DNA from: Nageia nagi
Taxonomy: Eukaryota > Plantae > Pinophyta
DNA: 64,000 bases
NCBI GenBank assembly: GCA_050084985.1
Contig: JBITNC010000001.1
Span: 147,622,001-147,686,000 of the forward strand
Direction: 5' to 3'
In this document: piece after piece, positions 1 to 12,499 of the stretch
Layout of the letters: each line of letters starts with the position of its first letter
Numbering within the stretch: position 1 is the stretch's first letter
Program-made: the position numbers and the translations under genes
Notes under the pieces: generated by a model
Databases searched by the model: none
Told to the model about the DNA's origin: nothing
Seen by the model: only the letters and a program-made list of their open reading frames with translations

Positions 1-2760
1 AACAAAGGTAATATGATATAGAATAGAGATCCCCTTTCTATATGGGGGACTCCATGAATTTGAGAAGCTATTTCTTCTATCTTATCTCATTATACGAGTT
101 AATGAAAATTAACTCATGCAAAATAAATACCCTATTTGGATAATTAATGTTAATTTGAGTAGGGGTATCATACTAATTTGGAGGAGTATTATTGAGATCG
201 ATCAATACTTATTAGGAAGGTGGTTGTGTTATGGTTTTAAAAAATAGATTCACATGGATATAGTGGATAGTTCCATTTTGCATTTAATGAAGTAAAATTT
301 ATTTTATTTTCTCAACAAATGAAATTTTTCTACTATTAATTCAAATTATTAGCAAACATTATCACTTCACCATACTTTTTTGGAATAAAAAGAGGCTCAT
401 GCTTTAGACTAGATATTTTTGAAAAGGATATTTGGGAACATAAATTTTCTTTAATTATAGGTATGTATACCCTTTTCATGCTAAGGATAGGTGTGCAATA
501 ATACCATAATAGTAATAATTAGGGTTATCTCTTCCAATTTTCTATTTTGCATTGGATTGTTATGCATAGTGGGAGTAGTCATTGAAAAAAAAGCATAAAA
601 CCCCATCATCACAATAATAGAGGGAAATAAGCATGGATTCATTAGTGTTGGTTTATTTTCTAGATAATCATAGCTATGGGTTGAACAAATATTATAGTAG
701 TAACACCATATTAGGTCCCTTAGAAGTAATTAATAACATGAATTTGATATAGGGTGAAATATATGTTAGGAGTAATTATTACCTTGAGTCTTCTATAAGT
801 CTTAAGATTACCATGATGAAGTAAAGATTTTAAATAATACTCTCAAGATAAATTAAAAGACGAGAATATGATAAACCATCAATCCAAAGACTATCATTTA
901 AGAATAGATGTGCATGTTATTTTAAAAACATACTTAAACAAAGGAAAATATTTGAATTGAGATTACTATCTAAGATGAATAAATTATTATTATTATTAAA
1001 AAAGTAGATGCTCAAGCATGATCTATTACAATAATGGATTATCAAGTTAAATTTGATCATAATTGATTCTTTTATTAATATGATTATGAAGGTCATGATA
1101 ATTATCTATGTTATACCCTCTTTCTCTATGGAAGTTATATTACTCATCTTCTTTGAACCATCTTAGGTTACATGTATTTGGATATATTTGAAACATTTAT
1201 GGTAGTGTGATAAAGTTGGTTCTAACAAGTTGTTAGAGTATTGATGATAGTATTCAAAAAGTGGAGTATATTGACAAGGGGGTAGGGTTGCCTAACTTTT
1301 GGTTATTGAACTTTTTTTTTGTTTGGATGGCATGTTGATTGGGTGGAAGAGGACTTGAGGTTTGATATTTTTTAGGTGGAGGAGGTCCTATAGGTAAATA
1401 TGAAGATTAGGTATCTTATTGAGGGATAATTAGATTAAATTAATTTTAAATTTAAACTTTTAGATGGTCTTGTTAACATCATTCTTCTTATGCAATTTAT
1501 CTTCACCATTGACGATATTAATCTACTCAATTCTTTTTGCCATGCAAAACATATCTTCAAATGTAGCAAATTATTGCATTTAGAGAGTATCTAATATATA
1601 TTCATAGAGAATTGTAATAAATAAATAGGTCATTTCCACTTGAGGTATAACAAACATATGATTACTGGTTAAATATCTTCATTGAGTCACATAACCACTA
1701 TAAGGCTCATCATCAAATTGTTTCAAATTGTAAAGATCATATAAGGATATTTTATGTTTAAAGTTGATAGAAAATTGATACGATAATAACTAAACATTAG
1801 TATACCTATCTAATATTGGATTTATTAGGGACATGAGGAATGTTCAAAGCATGAGGTCATCATTATGATTGATCATATAACATGCATGGGTGAAATCTTG
1901 AAGATGGCATTAGGGATCCTCCTCAGATTTAAACTTGTCAAATTTCATAATATCAAAATATTAGGATAATTTCTACATAGCATAAAAGGATATTGATTGA
2001 ATAATAAATTATAAGTGGGATGTTGAGAACCTTGATCAACATTATTTACCTCTAATTGTTGTATTCATTCTTATGTTTGTTGAATAAAGATGAGGAGGGA
2101 GTTCAACAGGTAAGTATGGTAGGATACACAAATGGAGTGGTAGTAGGAATCACATTAGGATTTTTGAGTGAAATTTAGAGGCTGGGAAGTGGTTAAGGTT
2201 ATGGTCATTTGACTTGGGAGATTACTAGAAGATTAATTTGGTGTTAGGGTATAACATTGGTTTGATTTTTAGGTGGAAGATGTGAATTAATTTAAAGATG
2301 GAATTTGGTGTTAGAATGAGGTTGGGGTTGAGGGATGGTATTATTTTGTGATTATGTTATGGTATTTATTTAGTCTTGACATTGGGCTATGGTGTCAACT
2401 AATTGGAATGTTTCATTTACCTAAATTTATAATTCTTCATCAAATGGATTATTTGGGCATTGAAAAGCTTGATCCCTATCATGCGATTTAGAAGTTTTTT
2501 TAACGGCTTGTCTTTCATGTAAGATTTATAGGATGTCTTCTTCATTTTGAAGGATATAGTTCTCAAAATTTTGTGGATAGGATATTTTCTCAGGATTGGT
2601 TTGTTTAGAAGCAAAGGCTACTTCTTATGCCTTTTGACAAGTTGAAGTCATGTAAGGGATATTATCAAATGAAGATTTTGAGTTCTACTTTTATACAAAT
2701 GGAAACGGTTAATTGCTAAAGAAAATTATTTTTTCGTTTAACAAATAGAAATTATTAATC
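1..2760 (-). mobile_element. Degenerate gypsy (Tat-like) LTR-retrotransposon gag/protease region
   Basis: Minus-strand translation gives a gag motif (FDIMKFDKFKSEEDP*CHLQDF, ~1890-1960), a Pro/Gln-rich segment, a knuckle-like WYYCT..HEKG segment (~470-510) and VLID (~195-210). Many stops. Boundaries approximate. Confidence 0.7.
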
Positions 2761-2898
2761 CATTGAAATATAATTATTCACTATTTTGATCAATTTTATA
2801 TAAAAATGGAGAAAACAAAATGTAAATTTAATTATAAAAAGGTTAAGATTATAAAAAATTTAAGAACTGACATCAGCGAAAGTGTTTTGCCCTTTCGA

Positions 2899-2938
2899 GT
2901 CTCAACCGACATCAGGTTACCGTTGAGACCAACGGCTA
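2899..2938. promoter_or_regulatory. Two CAACGG (MSA/MYB-type) motifs overlapping an 8-bp inverted repeat, upstream of a putative first exon
   Basis: CCGTTG at 2920-2925 and CCAACGGCTA at 2929-2938. GTCTCAAC (2899-2906) is the reverse complement of GTTGAGAC (2922-2929). Lies at an AT-to-GC transition ~50 bp before ATG 2984. Confidence 0.3.
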
Positions 2939-2983
2939 TACGAGGGAGAAAGCTTTTACTATCTAATAAGCCAGTTTAAGAAG

Positions 2984-3135
2984 ATGGTTGTTAGTAGGGG
3001 TGTTGTGCTCCATGGTGGTGGTAATACCAGACTGGGCTCTCTTTAAACGCCCTGCTTCAGAATGGGGTTACCCCATGCCCACTGATAAGGACAGCGCCAT
3101 TGCCCAGAAGGCCAGGTTCCAAATTCTCAATAACG
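2984..3135 (+). pseudogene. Putative first exon of an unidentified (possibly plastid-targeted) gene, frameshifted
   Basis: GC-richer segment from ATG 2984 to the donor G|GTATGT at 3136, followed by T-rich intron-like DNA. Removing one CT unit at ~3037-3042 gives MVVSRGVVLHGGGNTRLGSLNALLQNGVTPCPLIRTAPLPRRPGSKFSIT, which is transit-peptide-like. An alternative open frame starts at ATG 3012. Confidence 0.35.
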
Positions 3136-3975
3136 GTATGTGACAAATTTCTAACTCTCTGTCAAATTCGTGGGTATTGTTGATCAATGGCTTTATAGAT
3201 GCCCTTTTCATTTTAATAGAAACCCAGATAATGTGTATCGATACCTTGTGGACTGTATAGGCATATGTTTATGATGTCGTCATATTCATACTCACATTCA
3301 ACATGATAACTGTATTTGGATACCGGGTTCCCATTAATTTGCTTCTGAGTGGAAAGCAAATGAGGCATTTGCTGGTTGAGAGTTTTGTTTTGTGGCTTCC
3401 TTGTACTGCGTCTTCAAATGCCTACGAATTTTAGGGTCTTATTGAGAATGCAGCCTGAATTTGACTATGTTTGATCGTTTTTCATCCAAGTTGAAACCGA
3501 TCGTGAATTTATTAGCCAGGAGTGGATACGCAGACCCTATAAAATGGAGATAGAAATAGATGATCATTTCATCTTCAGAAGTTCACCTGACTGTGGAATT
3601 CAAGATGGATCTACTGCCTCTCAAAAGACTTTCAAAGTTCTCTAGCGTGCAATGGAAGTTTACAGAGTGTGCATTGATTATTTTAAAAGTTGAAATAGCG
3701 TACAATGCCCAACAATGGTTCCACTCACTGCCCTCATATGATTCTTTAAAGGACCAGTCAGCCTTTGCAGTAGTAGGATACTCATATTACCCCAGAAATG
3801 CATAAAATATATACCAATTACTCAAGCCTTGGACATTAGAAGAAGTAACTTATCCCCTTTTCTTCTCTGGGGTCATTATCTTGTTAGTTGCAGTTCTAGA
3901 AAGCAATGAATACTTTGTAAGCTCTTTAGTTGCTTCTAATTTTTACATTTTTTTAAGCTTTAGTTTACTGAAATA

Positions 3976-3997
3976 AGGTATGGATCCTATATATTTA
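3976..3997 (+). repeat. 22-bp direct repeat, left copy (AGGTATGGATCCTATATATTTA)
   Basis: Identical to 12804-12825. Confidence 0.9.
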
Positions 3998-4049
3998 GAA
4001 GCCCCTTCATAGGGACTGCGCCCTTGAGGTCATTGTATGTTACATTGTA

Positions 4050-5850
4050 TTTTATAAACCAAAACAGAGCAAAAACTAGTTTATCTACAGTAAAAGCAAA
4101 CAGAATGGGGAGTTTGCTGCCGAGTAGTATTCACAGTTTATAGCAATTGCATAGTATGACGTTTCCACATCCACCCTGGGTCCGGTCCCACCTGCATGGC
4201 CTCCGCTTCCTTCATCTGGCTTGAACTAAAACGAGGAGACTTTCCACACCAAGTATTTCCTTCTTCACAATCAGAAAGTTCATGGAAGATTTATTTGGGC
4301 TTCTTTTGGAGTCTGCAACTTCCTTCTCCCCCTTGGCGGCACTTGTGACCTCCAATTTGGCTTTCCCTTTTTGCGAAGCATGCACCGGCTGTACTGGTTG
4401 AATCCTTCTACAAATTGGTCCCCCTTTTGTCATAGATATATGCTTAAACATCATCATAAATAAACCGTGGCGGATGGGTGCTCAAATTATGAGAATGTTG
4501 ATGGTCCTATCTCGACGTAGCACATTGAGAAAGGCTTAATGGTAGCTCCTTAGCAGGTCTCTGCATCCAGCGTAAAGAAATCCATAATTACTTGCACAGA
4601 TCTCCGCCAAAGTGAGGGCAGCAATGAAACAAGGATTTCATTGCTGTCTCTTCTGAAAGACTCTCCCGGCTCCAGAAATAACTTCAATTCATCCACCAGA
4701 GAATGGTGTTTCTCCTTACATGGTCTCCCACTGCTTGATGACCTGTATCCTCGGCTAACAAAGCAGTATCGATGATGAATTCCTAGCCACAGACACAAAC
4801 TTTCCCCTTATCCCTACTCCAAGTTATATCCCTGAAAGCACCCGAGATGAAGGAAGGAAACCTTTGTGCAGAAGGAGTGATTGTACTGTGCCATTCGCTG
4901 CACCAAGCTGCTTGCTATTTCTATACTTTTCTCCAGGCTTTGTGAAGATCATAATTGCTGCGCATGGGAGTATAATGAATGAAATACGTTTCTCATGAAT
5001 CCACCCATCCCTGTACATGCCATAATTCGCGTGAAAGACCTCCACTCAAGGTTGACAAAGCTCCCGGTTAATGTCATGAGCGTTTTTCCATTCCTCCACT
5101 TGCTTGCCACAGGTAGTGCCAGCTCCTTCTTCTATCCATCCAAGTTGGAAATACCAACTGCTCAAGAAAACAAGTTGTTGCTCCATTCCAAATCCTCCGA
5201 ATGTGGATGCCGCTCCACAAGACTTCGAATTGGCCGTCCCATACTCCACCCTTTTGATTTGCAGTTGATACTTGCCAATTCATGCTTTGTGGGACCCCCT
5301 CAAGGAAGTTTTTCTTCAAGGTGGTTTTATTGGGATAAAAACTAATCCGCAAGAAATTCTTCAAGACAAGATTTGTTTTTTCTACAAGGTGTTCACATTG
5401 TTCTAACAAATAATCAGTTGGAATTTTTAGCCATTAAGAATAAATTTTGGAGCGAACACACAACACTCTACTTTTCCTAAAATATTTTCTCTCTGAATTT
5501 CACTGCCAAAATTCTCTGTTTAGAAACTGAGTTATTTAAACCTAATGGGACCACTAGGTCTGTTGAAATAGAAGCGTTAAACATCCCATTGGACCATGTG
5601 GTTTGGGTGGGAACAAGTCCCGGCTATAGGGTGAACATGCTCCTCAATGAGCAGCCATGATAATGCAGGCTGTACAAGGTTGGGTGCAAGTTCCATGCAA
5701 ATATTGGCTGAAGAGAAACTGTCTGCATGCAGCTTAGAAACCAAATTGTAAATTGTGTGTTCACCTTGTATGAAATGGTGATTCCACGTAACAGTTAAAA
5801 GTCTACGGAGAGCACTAGTTGCTTTAGCTTGACATCTGCAACACCGCCCA
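4050..5850 (-). mobile_element. Degenerate RT-less element carrying a plant retrotransposon accessory-type ORF
   Basis: Frameshifted minus-strand reading: PGEKYR..LLLHKGFLP../CFQGYNLE../KVCVCG*EFIIDTALLAEDTG../LPSLWRRSVQVIMDFFTL../HGLFMMMFKH. The N-terminal part resembles the ORF at 48858 (MLEKMGWMKFLSLFQKMDENLA). Ends are uncertain. Confidence 0.45.
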
Positions 5851-6368
5851 GGCTTTTTGTACGACTGGGGGCACTGTTAAATGAATAAAATTTTACTAAT
5901 ACGAGCTTTTCTCCTTTTCTTTCTAAATTCTTTGCTTTTGCTGGTTCAGGTGCTATGTATGCAGGTTTGCTGACAAGCTAGTGATTACTTAAATAACTAA
6001 AAGTATTTCACGTTAAATATATTATAATCTTAAAATCAACAAGTAACAACTTAGCAAGCCCATGTCCTGATAGGAGGACAAAAATATCAAGCAGCACTTA
6101 TCTTTGGTATGCCTTCTGATTGTAATACTGTGCAGCATTATCTTTGATTCTGATAAAACCAATGGTTTTTTCATCCAACCTATGTGAGCTAGAATCATTG
6201 TCGTTGTTTAATACATATCTTCTAATCCATTACATTCGTCAGATATGTGTATTTCAACTCTGAGAGCAGGGTAGAGGATGTATGTTGTGTATGTTGATTT
6301 TCGTTTCTCAAATAATGAGGTTTGAATGATTGAGTAAAGTCACCACATCTACTTGCTGTACATTTCAG

Positions 6369-6544
6369 GGGAGAATATTGGAAGCAAAGGCGCTGAACCT
6401 GCAAACCACAAGAAAGGCTCTGGATTTTTTGCATCCTCGGGAGGGGCTTCTTTCAGTGCAAATTCATTTGTTGAACAAAATCTTTCACATCCATTGTTGA
6501 GAGCATGTGAGGCTTTGAGCTATCAAAAGCTAACTCCAATTCAG
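6369..6544 (+). pseudogene. DEAD-box helicase pseudo-exon A (Q motif)
   Basis: TTTCAG|G at the start and CAG|GT at the end; GFFASSGGASFSANSFVEQNLSHPLLRACEALSYQKLTPIQ. Confidence 0.85.
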
Positions 6545-8471
6545 GTTTTGCAGGCCTTCACTAATCATTTTGTTTTGCATATTTCAGTGTGTGCATGTTG
6601 ATGCATTGCATACCATCACATGTGAAAACTTTTGAATGTGTCCCTTATTGTAATGTGAATTCATTTGCCTAATATTGCTATAAAATTAGTTGTTTATATG
6701 TTGCTTCTTTGCAAACTCGAACATTTTCTTGGGAGAAGGAATCATCACAGTCATTTGCTTTTGTATTCAATAATTTACTAAACCGAATTATTCTAAGGTC
6801 ATTATTGAGGGAATGCAAATTCTTTCTTCCATTTTATTGTGAAAGGGTTTTACAAGGATTTCCTGTTATTACATGTTGGGTTTGACCTATGCTTATTTGA
6901 GAGTGGATTTGATGTCTTATCAATAGTGATGGAATTGTAGCCTACTTATCCGTCTCAAGTATTTACTATATAGATCGGAATTATATATTCCATGCAGAAC
7001 TTCATGCAGGCGAATAGTTCTAAGAAATCTAAAGATGTGAACTCGTGAGTTTACATGCAGCCTTTGTCATAGCAATTGGGCATCGGGAGTAAATGAAGAG
7101 AAATACAGTAAACCATAAAGCTGGTTGTTTTCTGTCCCCAAATTTAGTATATCTGCTATGGAACATTCTGATAGGATCTCCAGTAAAACAGGTCATGAAC
7201 CAAAATTATACTGACTGGCTTAGTTTCTAGCTGCAACAAATATAAATTCTATCCTGCTTTTAGTGGTAAACTATTCTAACATATACACGAAATGTGTTAA
7301 ATTCATGAGTGAATTTATACATCAAATCTACTCTGCATTTGTGAGAGTAAGATGTTACAAAACAAGTCCACCCTACAGGAGAATTGTAGCAGTTTATTTC
7401 TTAAGTTAAAGGTTTACTCTGATTATGTGAGCTAGCATGCTAATAAAGTATTTAAAACAAAGCATGGAAAAGTCTGCTGTATGTAAATATGCATCAGAAA
7501 CTCGACATACAGAAACAAATTCCGTTTCCTTAACTGTCGGTAAACAATTTTAGCATTTATTTCTCTTTTGTATGGATTATCTCTAATTGATATATGCCAA
7601 AGTTGATACATTCTTCTTTTCTTTAGAAATGAAAGATGGATTACTGTAACAAATGAGCATAAATCCCAAATCCATTCTTTATCAATATTGAATTTTATTT
7701 TAACCGTCTCCATCTGGGTAATGACAAACTTTTATGTTTTAACCATCTTATTGCCTGCAATGTGTTAGATGGGGTGCATGTTCTTGTTAATCAAGTCATT
7801 CCCTATGATTGCATGCCCTCATTGATGTTTTAAGGACCTGCAATCTTGAACATTCATGATGTATGATAGACTAAGAGTTGTAAACCTTGATGGGTCAATT
7901 TACAAACAGTGCTACCTCAAAACAGACAACTAGGATCCGAAAGAAGGGAATAATAATACTTGGAAAGTACTTGGCTTTGAGGTCTTGTATACACTCCGTG
8001 AAGCACATTGATGTGCTCAAAATCTACTCTCATTTCAGCTGCTCACATAACATGGTATACTGCTGACTGGTAACATTAATATCTCATTATACCCACAAAT
8101 CTTTCTTCAAGAAAAAACTTTCAACAGTCAGGATTTGATCTCAAGTATTTTTCTCCCATAATAAGTTGTGTAGTTTCTTCAAATAATTAACAATATCTTG
8201 AGGCAAAATAGCTGTAAAATAACCTACCAAAAATATATTATCTTGGTCATTTGTTTGAGAAATTTGCAATGGAAAGTAATCAATAGCAAGCCCATAAAAA
8301 TGACACGTAAGGATTTGTTAATCTAGTTGTGCAAAATATGCTTTGACATCCTAGAGGTTAATATTCTGCAAGTTACTGTTTTCACTTTCAAAATATGAAG
8401 TGGTAAATGTAGCTTGAAACATCAATTTTTTACAATTCTTAATGATGAGCTTTAATTAATTGTGAATGCAG

Positions 8472-8518
8472 GCAGCTTGCGTGATATTTGTGGGAGTGCT
8501 ATTACTGGGTCTGGAAAG
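8472..8518 (+). pseudogene. DEAD-box helicase pseudo-exon B (motif I), with internal deletion
   Basis: AAC/RDICGSAITGSGK. The expected IPLALTG is missing and the exon is 47 nt, so it frameshifts. Confidence 0.85.
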
Positions 8519-8786
8519 GTGAGTTGCATGCGGGTTTTATATTATCAGTTTTTCCCTACAAGTTATCTAGTTTTTCCTTTATTGTTGGTGCATGTGGATA
8601 GGAGGGAGAGAGGGCTGATATGATACAGAATGTGTTTTGTATCTAATTATTTTTAAAATCCAATAATGAAATTTGAGAAGTATGATTTCTATAGTATTCA
8701 TGAGATACATTTGTCTCATTTTCATTCCTAAATCATATTTTGTTGCATAATATTATTAGTTGATCATTTTCCCTCTTTGGCTACAG

Positions 8787-8892
8787 ACAGCAGCATTTTG
8801 CTTACCAGTGCTGGAGAGATTACTTTTCTGACCCAGGCATGTATACCAGCCATAAGAGTTCTAATTCTTACTCCAACAGAACTAGCTGTGCA
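8787..8892 (+). pseudogene. DEAD-box helicase pseudo-exon C (motif Ia), with premature stop
   Basis: TAAFCLPVLERLLF*PR(fs)IPAIRVLILTPTELAVQ. TGA at 8829-8831 sits at a conserved Arg, there is a 2-nt frameshift, and the R of PTRELA is lost. Confidence 0.9.
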
Positions 8893-9026
8893 GTAAGTAA
8901 TTATGGTTGCTGTATCTCCTGTATTAATTTGTATGGTTTGTACAAAAAATGCGAAACATAGCTTCATATTACACAACCAGAAGTGAATATTTACATGAAA
9001 ATAAGATCTTTTACTGACCCAAGCTA

Positions 9027-10420
9027 TGCTAGAACACTTGGGTATTAATCCAATAATACAGAACTAGATCACATTGTATGCAAAGAGATATAAGAATCGT
9101 AATAACATTAATAATGTTCAAAATCAGCAAACAAACTGTAACAGAATAGCAGAAAAATAACTCAGAAAAACAGAGACATTTAATGTTGAAAAAACCTTGC
9201 AATGTGCAAAGAAAAACCACAGGGCAATGGTAGCGCAGAACTTTTATTTATCTCAGAAATTTGCAATATAACAATGCCAAGGGGCATTCCCCTTTTATAG
9301 GAAAATAGGAAGATTCCACAACAACTGTGCATCTAAAAGTAGTTGCTTAAATATAGCCTCTTTTAATAATAGTTGTGCTAAATAATAGCTGCGAGCTATT
9401 AAGAAAACATGCTAAAAATAATATTTGTAGAACATCAGAGATCTATATATTGTCCCACTTGAAGTCTACATACAGGAATTCTTTGCCTATCTCTCCCATC
9501 CATGCTGCCATTTGCCCAATGCTGCCTTCATTACTTCTATAAACAAGCTCAAAGAAGTTACACACCAATCAAACTCTTCTCCATAGTAAATAGCAATATT
9601 CAAAGTGCCTCTTAAGTATCTGAATATCAACTTTCACTGCAGTCCAATGCTCCTTATCAGGATTCACCATGAACTATCTAAGAACCATTTCTTGGGCAAT
9701 GTCCGTTTTAGTGCTCACCATGGAGAACATGAGACTTCCTACTACAGATGAGTTTGATATACAAGACATCCTTGTCTTCCCTTCTTCTGTACTCGGACTC
9801 ATTTCAAAAGACAATCTGATGTGTGGAGGAAGTGGCGTAATAATTGGTTTTGCATTCTGCAAATTGAAGTGCTGCAGAACATTTTCTTCATATGACTTTT
9901 GACCATAACTTTTTGCCACAAAGCGAGCTTTACAGCGCTCAAACAATCCAACAATATTTTTCTTTATTTTGTACATGCATTTATTACCAAGAGTCTTTCT
10001 TCCAGTCGAAAGATCCACAAGCTCTCATGTTTCATTCTTGTGTAGATCTTCCATTTCCTCATCAATTGCTTTTCTCCACTTTTTTGCATTCTCAAATTCT
10101 CTAGCTTCCTGAAATGAGCTAGGCTCACCAACATCAGTTAGCAAAGAAAAAGAACATTGTAAATCAGGAGAATGCCTTAGTGAAGGATATCTATTTCTGC
10201 TTCTGTTGATCAGTATGTTATACAAGATGGATATCTATTTCGAAGGGGACATGTTGATCAACATGCATATCTTCACTTTCATCAACATTCATATCAATTT
10301 CAACAGGCACAATTTTAGGTGTTTGTAGTTCCTGTTTCCTTTACATGGATTTTTCATTAACAATAACATCCTGGCTAAAATTTTCCTTATGGGCAGTAGG
10401 ATCCCACAATTTATACCCCA
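9027..10420 (-). mobile_element. Internally deleted copia remnant (one LTR plus RT/integrase scraps) in a helicase intron
   Basis: LTR-like 9027-~9435. Copia motifs YKLWDPTAHK..SQDVI, EPSSFQEA, WRKAIDEEMEDLHKNETW, ERCKARFVAK, VVGSLMFSMVSTKTDIA, spliced together by deletions. Confidence 0.85.
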
Positions 10421-11936
10421 TGTGTGTGATGCATGCAGCGTATCCTTTGGTGTATGCAGGCCTTAATCATCAAATAAAGTCCATAGTATATGAGGCATGT
10501 AAATATTGTTTTATGCTAACAGGGCTTAATCCAATGAATTTAGAAAGCTTCTATTTCTAACTTCTGAATGAAATGATACTTCTACACTGCAAAATGAACA
10601 ATACACTTAGGGGTTAAACTCGCACAACTTGAATTTTCTGCACTGATATACTTCATTTTTTGGATAATGTAGCTTTTTGTTTTCTTGTAAGTATTTAAAC
10701 TCAAGACAAATTCAGAATTTACTTTTGGAGACAACTATAACAAATTAAGCTTCCAAGATTGGTTCAGTTAAGATAATTGAAGATAACAAACAAGATACCG
10801 AGTTTCTGTAATCATTCAGATGAATACTTTGACTAATAGTTGTTAGAGCATCCAAACGTCTATGCTGTTAATAATAGAGCATCCGAACTCTGCAATCAAA
10901 GATGGGGACAACTTTAAAGATAGAAATTTAAATTGTTAAAATTATTGTTTGGCTTTTAAAACTTTTTTATTGTGATCCCATCGTTGTTTTGCAGTAAAGT
11001 TTCCCTACAATCATCTCAAAATTTGACAAAGTTGTTTAAAAAACAAATTTCACCATTGTGAAGATTACAGAGCTTGTTTGAATTTTCGTATTTTGATTGA
11101 CAATTAATTAATGCACTTTTTACTGAGAAGCTTGTTGATTCCGTATTGCCTGCTTCATGTTTGTCAAAGACAGTCTTCATACCTATGGTTGCAAACAAGA
11201 GGAAAATAGACTTGCAGTGACTGACGTTGATAAAGGTTAAAACATTTTTGTATATTTATACATCCACATGAAGAGGGTTTAACATAATTCAAGTCCAAGA
11301 TTATTCGAATGGCCATTTTGCTGCTCTGAGTACCATTATCGCTTTTTTGAGCTTTTAACTTGCATGTATCCCTTAAAAGATGTGTGATTCTGATATGGAT
11401 GAAAGCTTCAATTCAAATAGTAATTAAGGCTTTCAATGATCAGATCCTAGAGGATCAACATTAAAAAATGTTAGGAACATGTTTAGTAAATAATTATTTC
11501 ATCAATTCAAATGAATAGCCATGATTTGTAACCCATTGGCCAAGGAAATATCACATGAACATTATGTAATGGTTACAAAGATGAATAGTTTTGCTAAATC
11601 TAACACAGGAGGTTTTTGATTTGTAAAACAATTTTTACATGTTTGTGATTTGTAATGTAATTGGAGTGATTATTATTTTCTTAACTTGTAAATTATTTAA
11701 TTCTATTTTTCACATTGTTAATATTTTCGGCTCTTGAGATACCTGTCTCTGCTCATTCTGATTCCTAGAGAAAAGGAATTTTCCTTTTTGAGATTTGTGT
11801 TTGGATTAATATTTACTGTTTGAATTTGACCTTGCAAAATTTATATTATATACTGGTTTTAGTGATTAAATTGTTTCTTGTGGGAATGATAGTGTGGATA
11901 AACTATAGTTTGCTTCTACTTATTTAATACAAACAG

Positions 11937-12015
11937 GGTGCATAGCATGTTGGAGAAGCTTGCACAGTTTACAGACATCCGCTGTTACCTTCTTGTTGGG
12001 GGTCTGTCAACTAAG
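11937..12015 (+). pseudogene. DEAD-box helicase pseudo-exon D
   Basis: CAG|G GTG CAT AGC ... AAG|GT; VHSMLEKLAQFTDIRCYLLVGGLSTK. Phase matches exon C. Confidence 0.88.
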
Positions 12016-12499
12016 GTTTGTATAAAATGATGATGCATCTTCACCTTGCTTGCCTATTTACTCATTTTGATTTCTATGGTTTGGCAAAAGCTTTATATTA
12101 ATTCACATCTTGGATTCTCCAAAATTGAGTTTGGTTGACTGATAGTATTTTGCATAAATTGTAAGATATGGTCACGGTATTTTACATGACCTTGTCAATT
12201 TCTAGGTCCGGTGTTTAGCTTTATATTGCATATGTATCGATTTCCACTTTCTGGTGAAGTGCATTGTTGCTTTAAAGCCAATGGTTTCCTATTTCCTAAG
12301 CCTATGGTTTTCTATTTCCTTGCTTTCAGAATATTGCCTCTAACTTTGATATTAATACTTTACAAAACCATGATAAAGAAAGTTGAAAACCTCTTACTTA
12401 TTTATATTTGGCTTTTGCATATACAGAATTATTACTTAAATGATGTGTTGGATGAACCCTTGTTTTAGTATACTGGATGTTGCTTTTGACTTCTGCTTT

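Larger units (their letters stand above)
6369..12015 (+). pseudogene. Partial DEAD-box RNA helicase pseudogene (RH28/DDX27/Drs1 type), four exons with introns retained
   Basis: Exons 6369-6544, 8472-8518, 8787-8892 and 11937-12015 all have AG/GT ends. They give the Q motif (NLSHPLLRACEALSYQKLTPIQ), motif I (AITGSGKT), motif Ia (LILTPT-ELAVQ) and the GG motif (VHSMLEKLAQFTDIRCYLLVGGLSTK). Frameshifts and a stop are present. No downstream exons (DEAD motif etc.) were found in the window. Confidence 0.9.

Noticed and set aside
3515-3700. Possible second exon (EWIRRPYKMEIEIDDHFIF...)
   Set aside because: Contains a stop, has a weak acceptor and no recognisable homology.
11120-11240. Exon-like segment ending AAG|GT
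   Set aside because: No recognisable product or clear acceptor.
6369-12015. Functional helicase gene continuing through a giant intron
   Set aside because: In-frame stop and frameshifts in core motifs, and no further exons in the remaining 52 kb.
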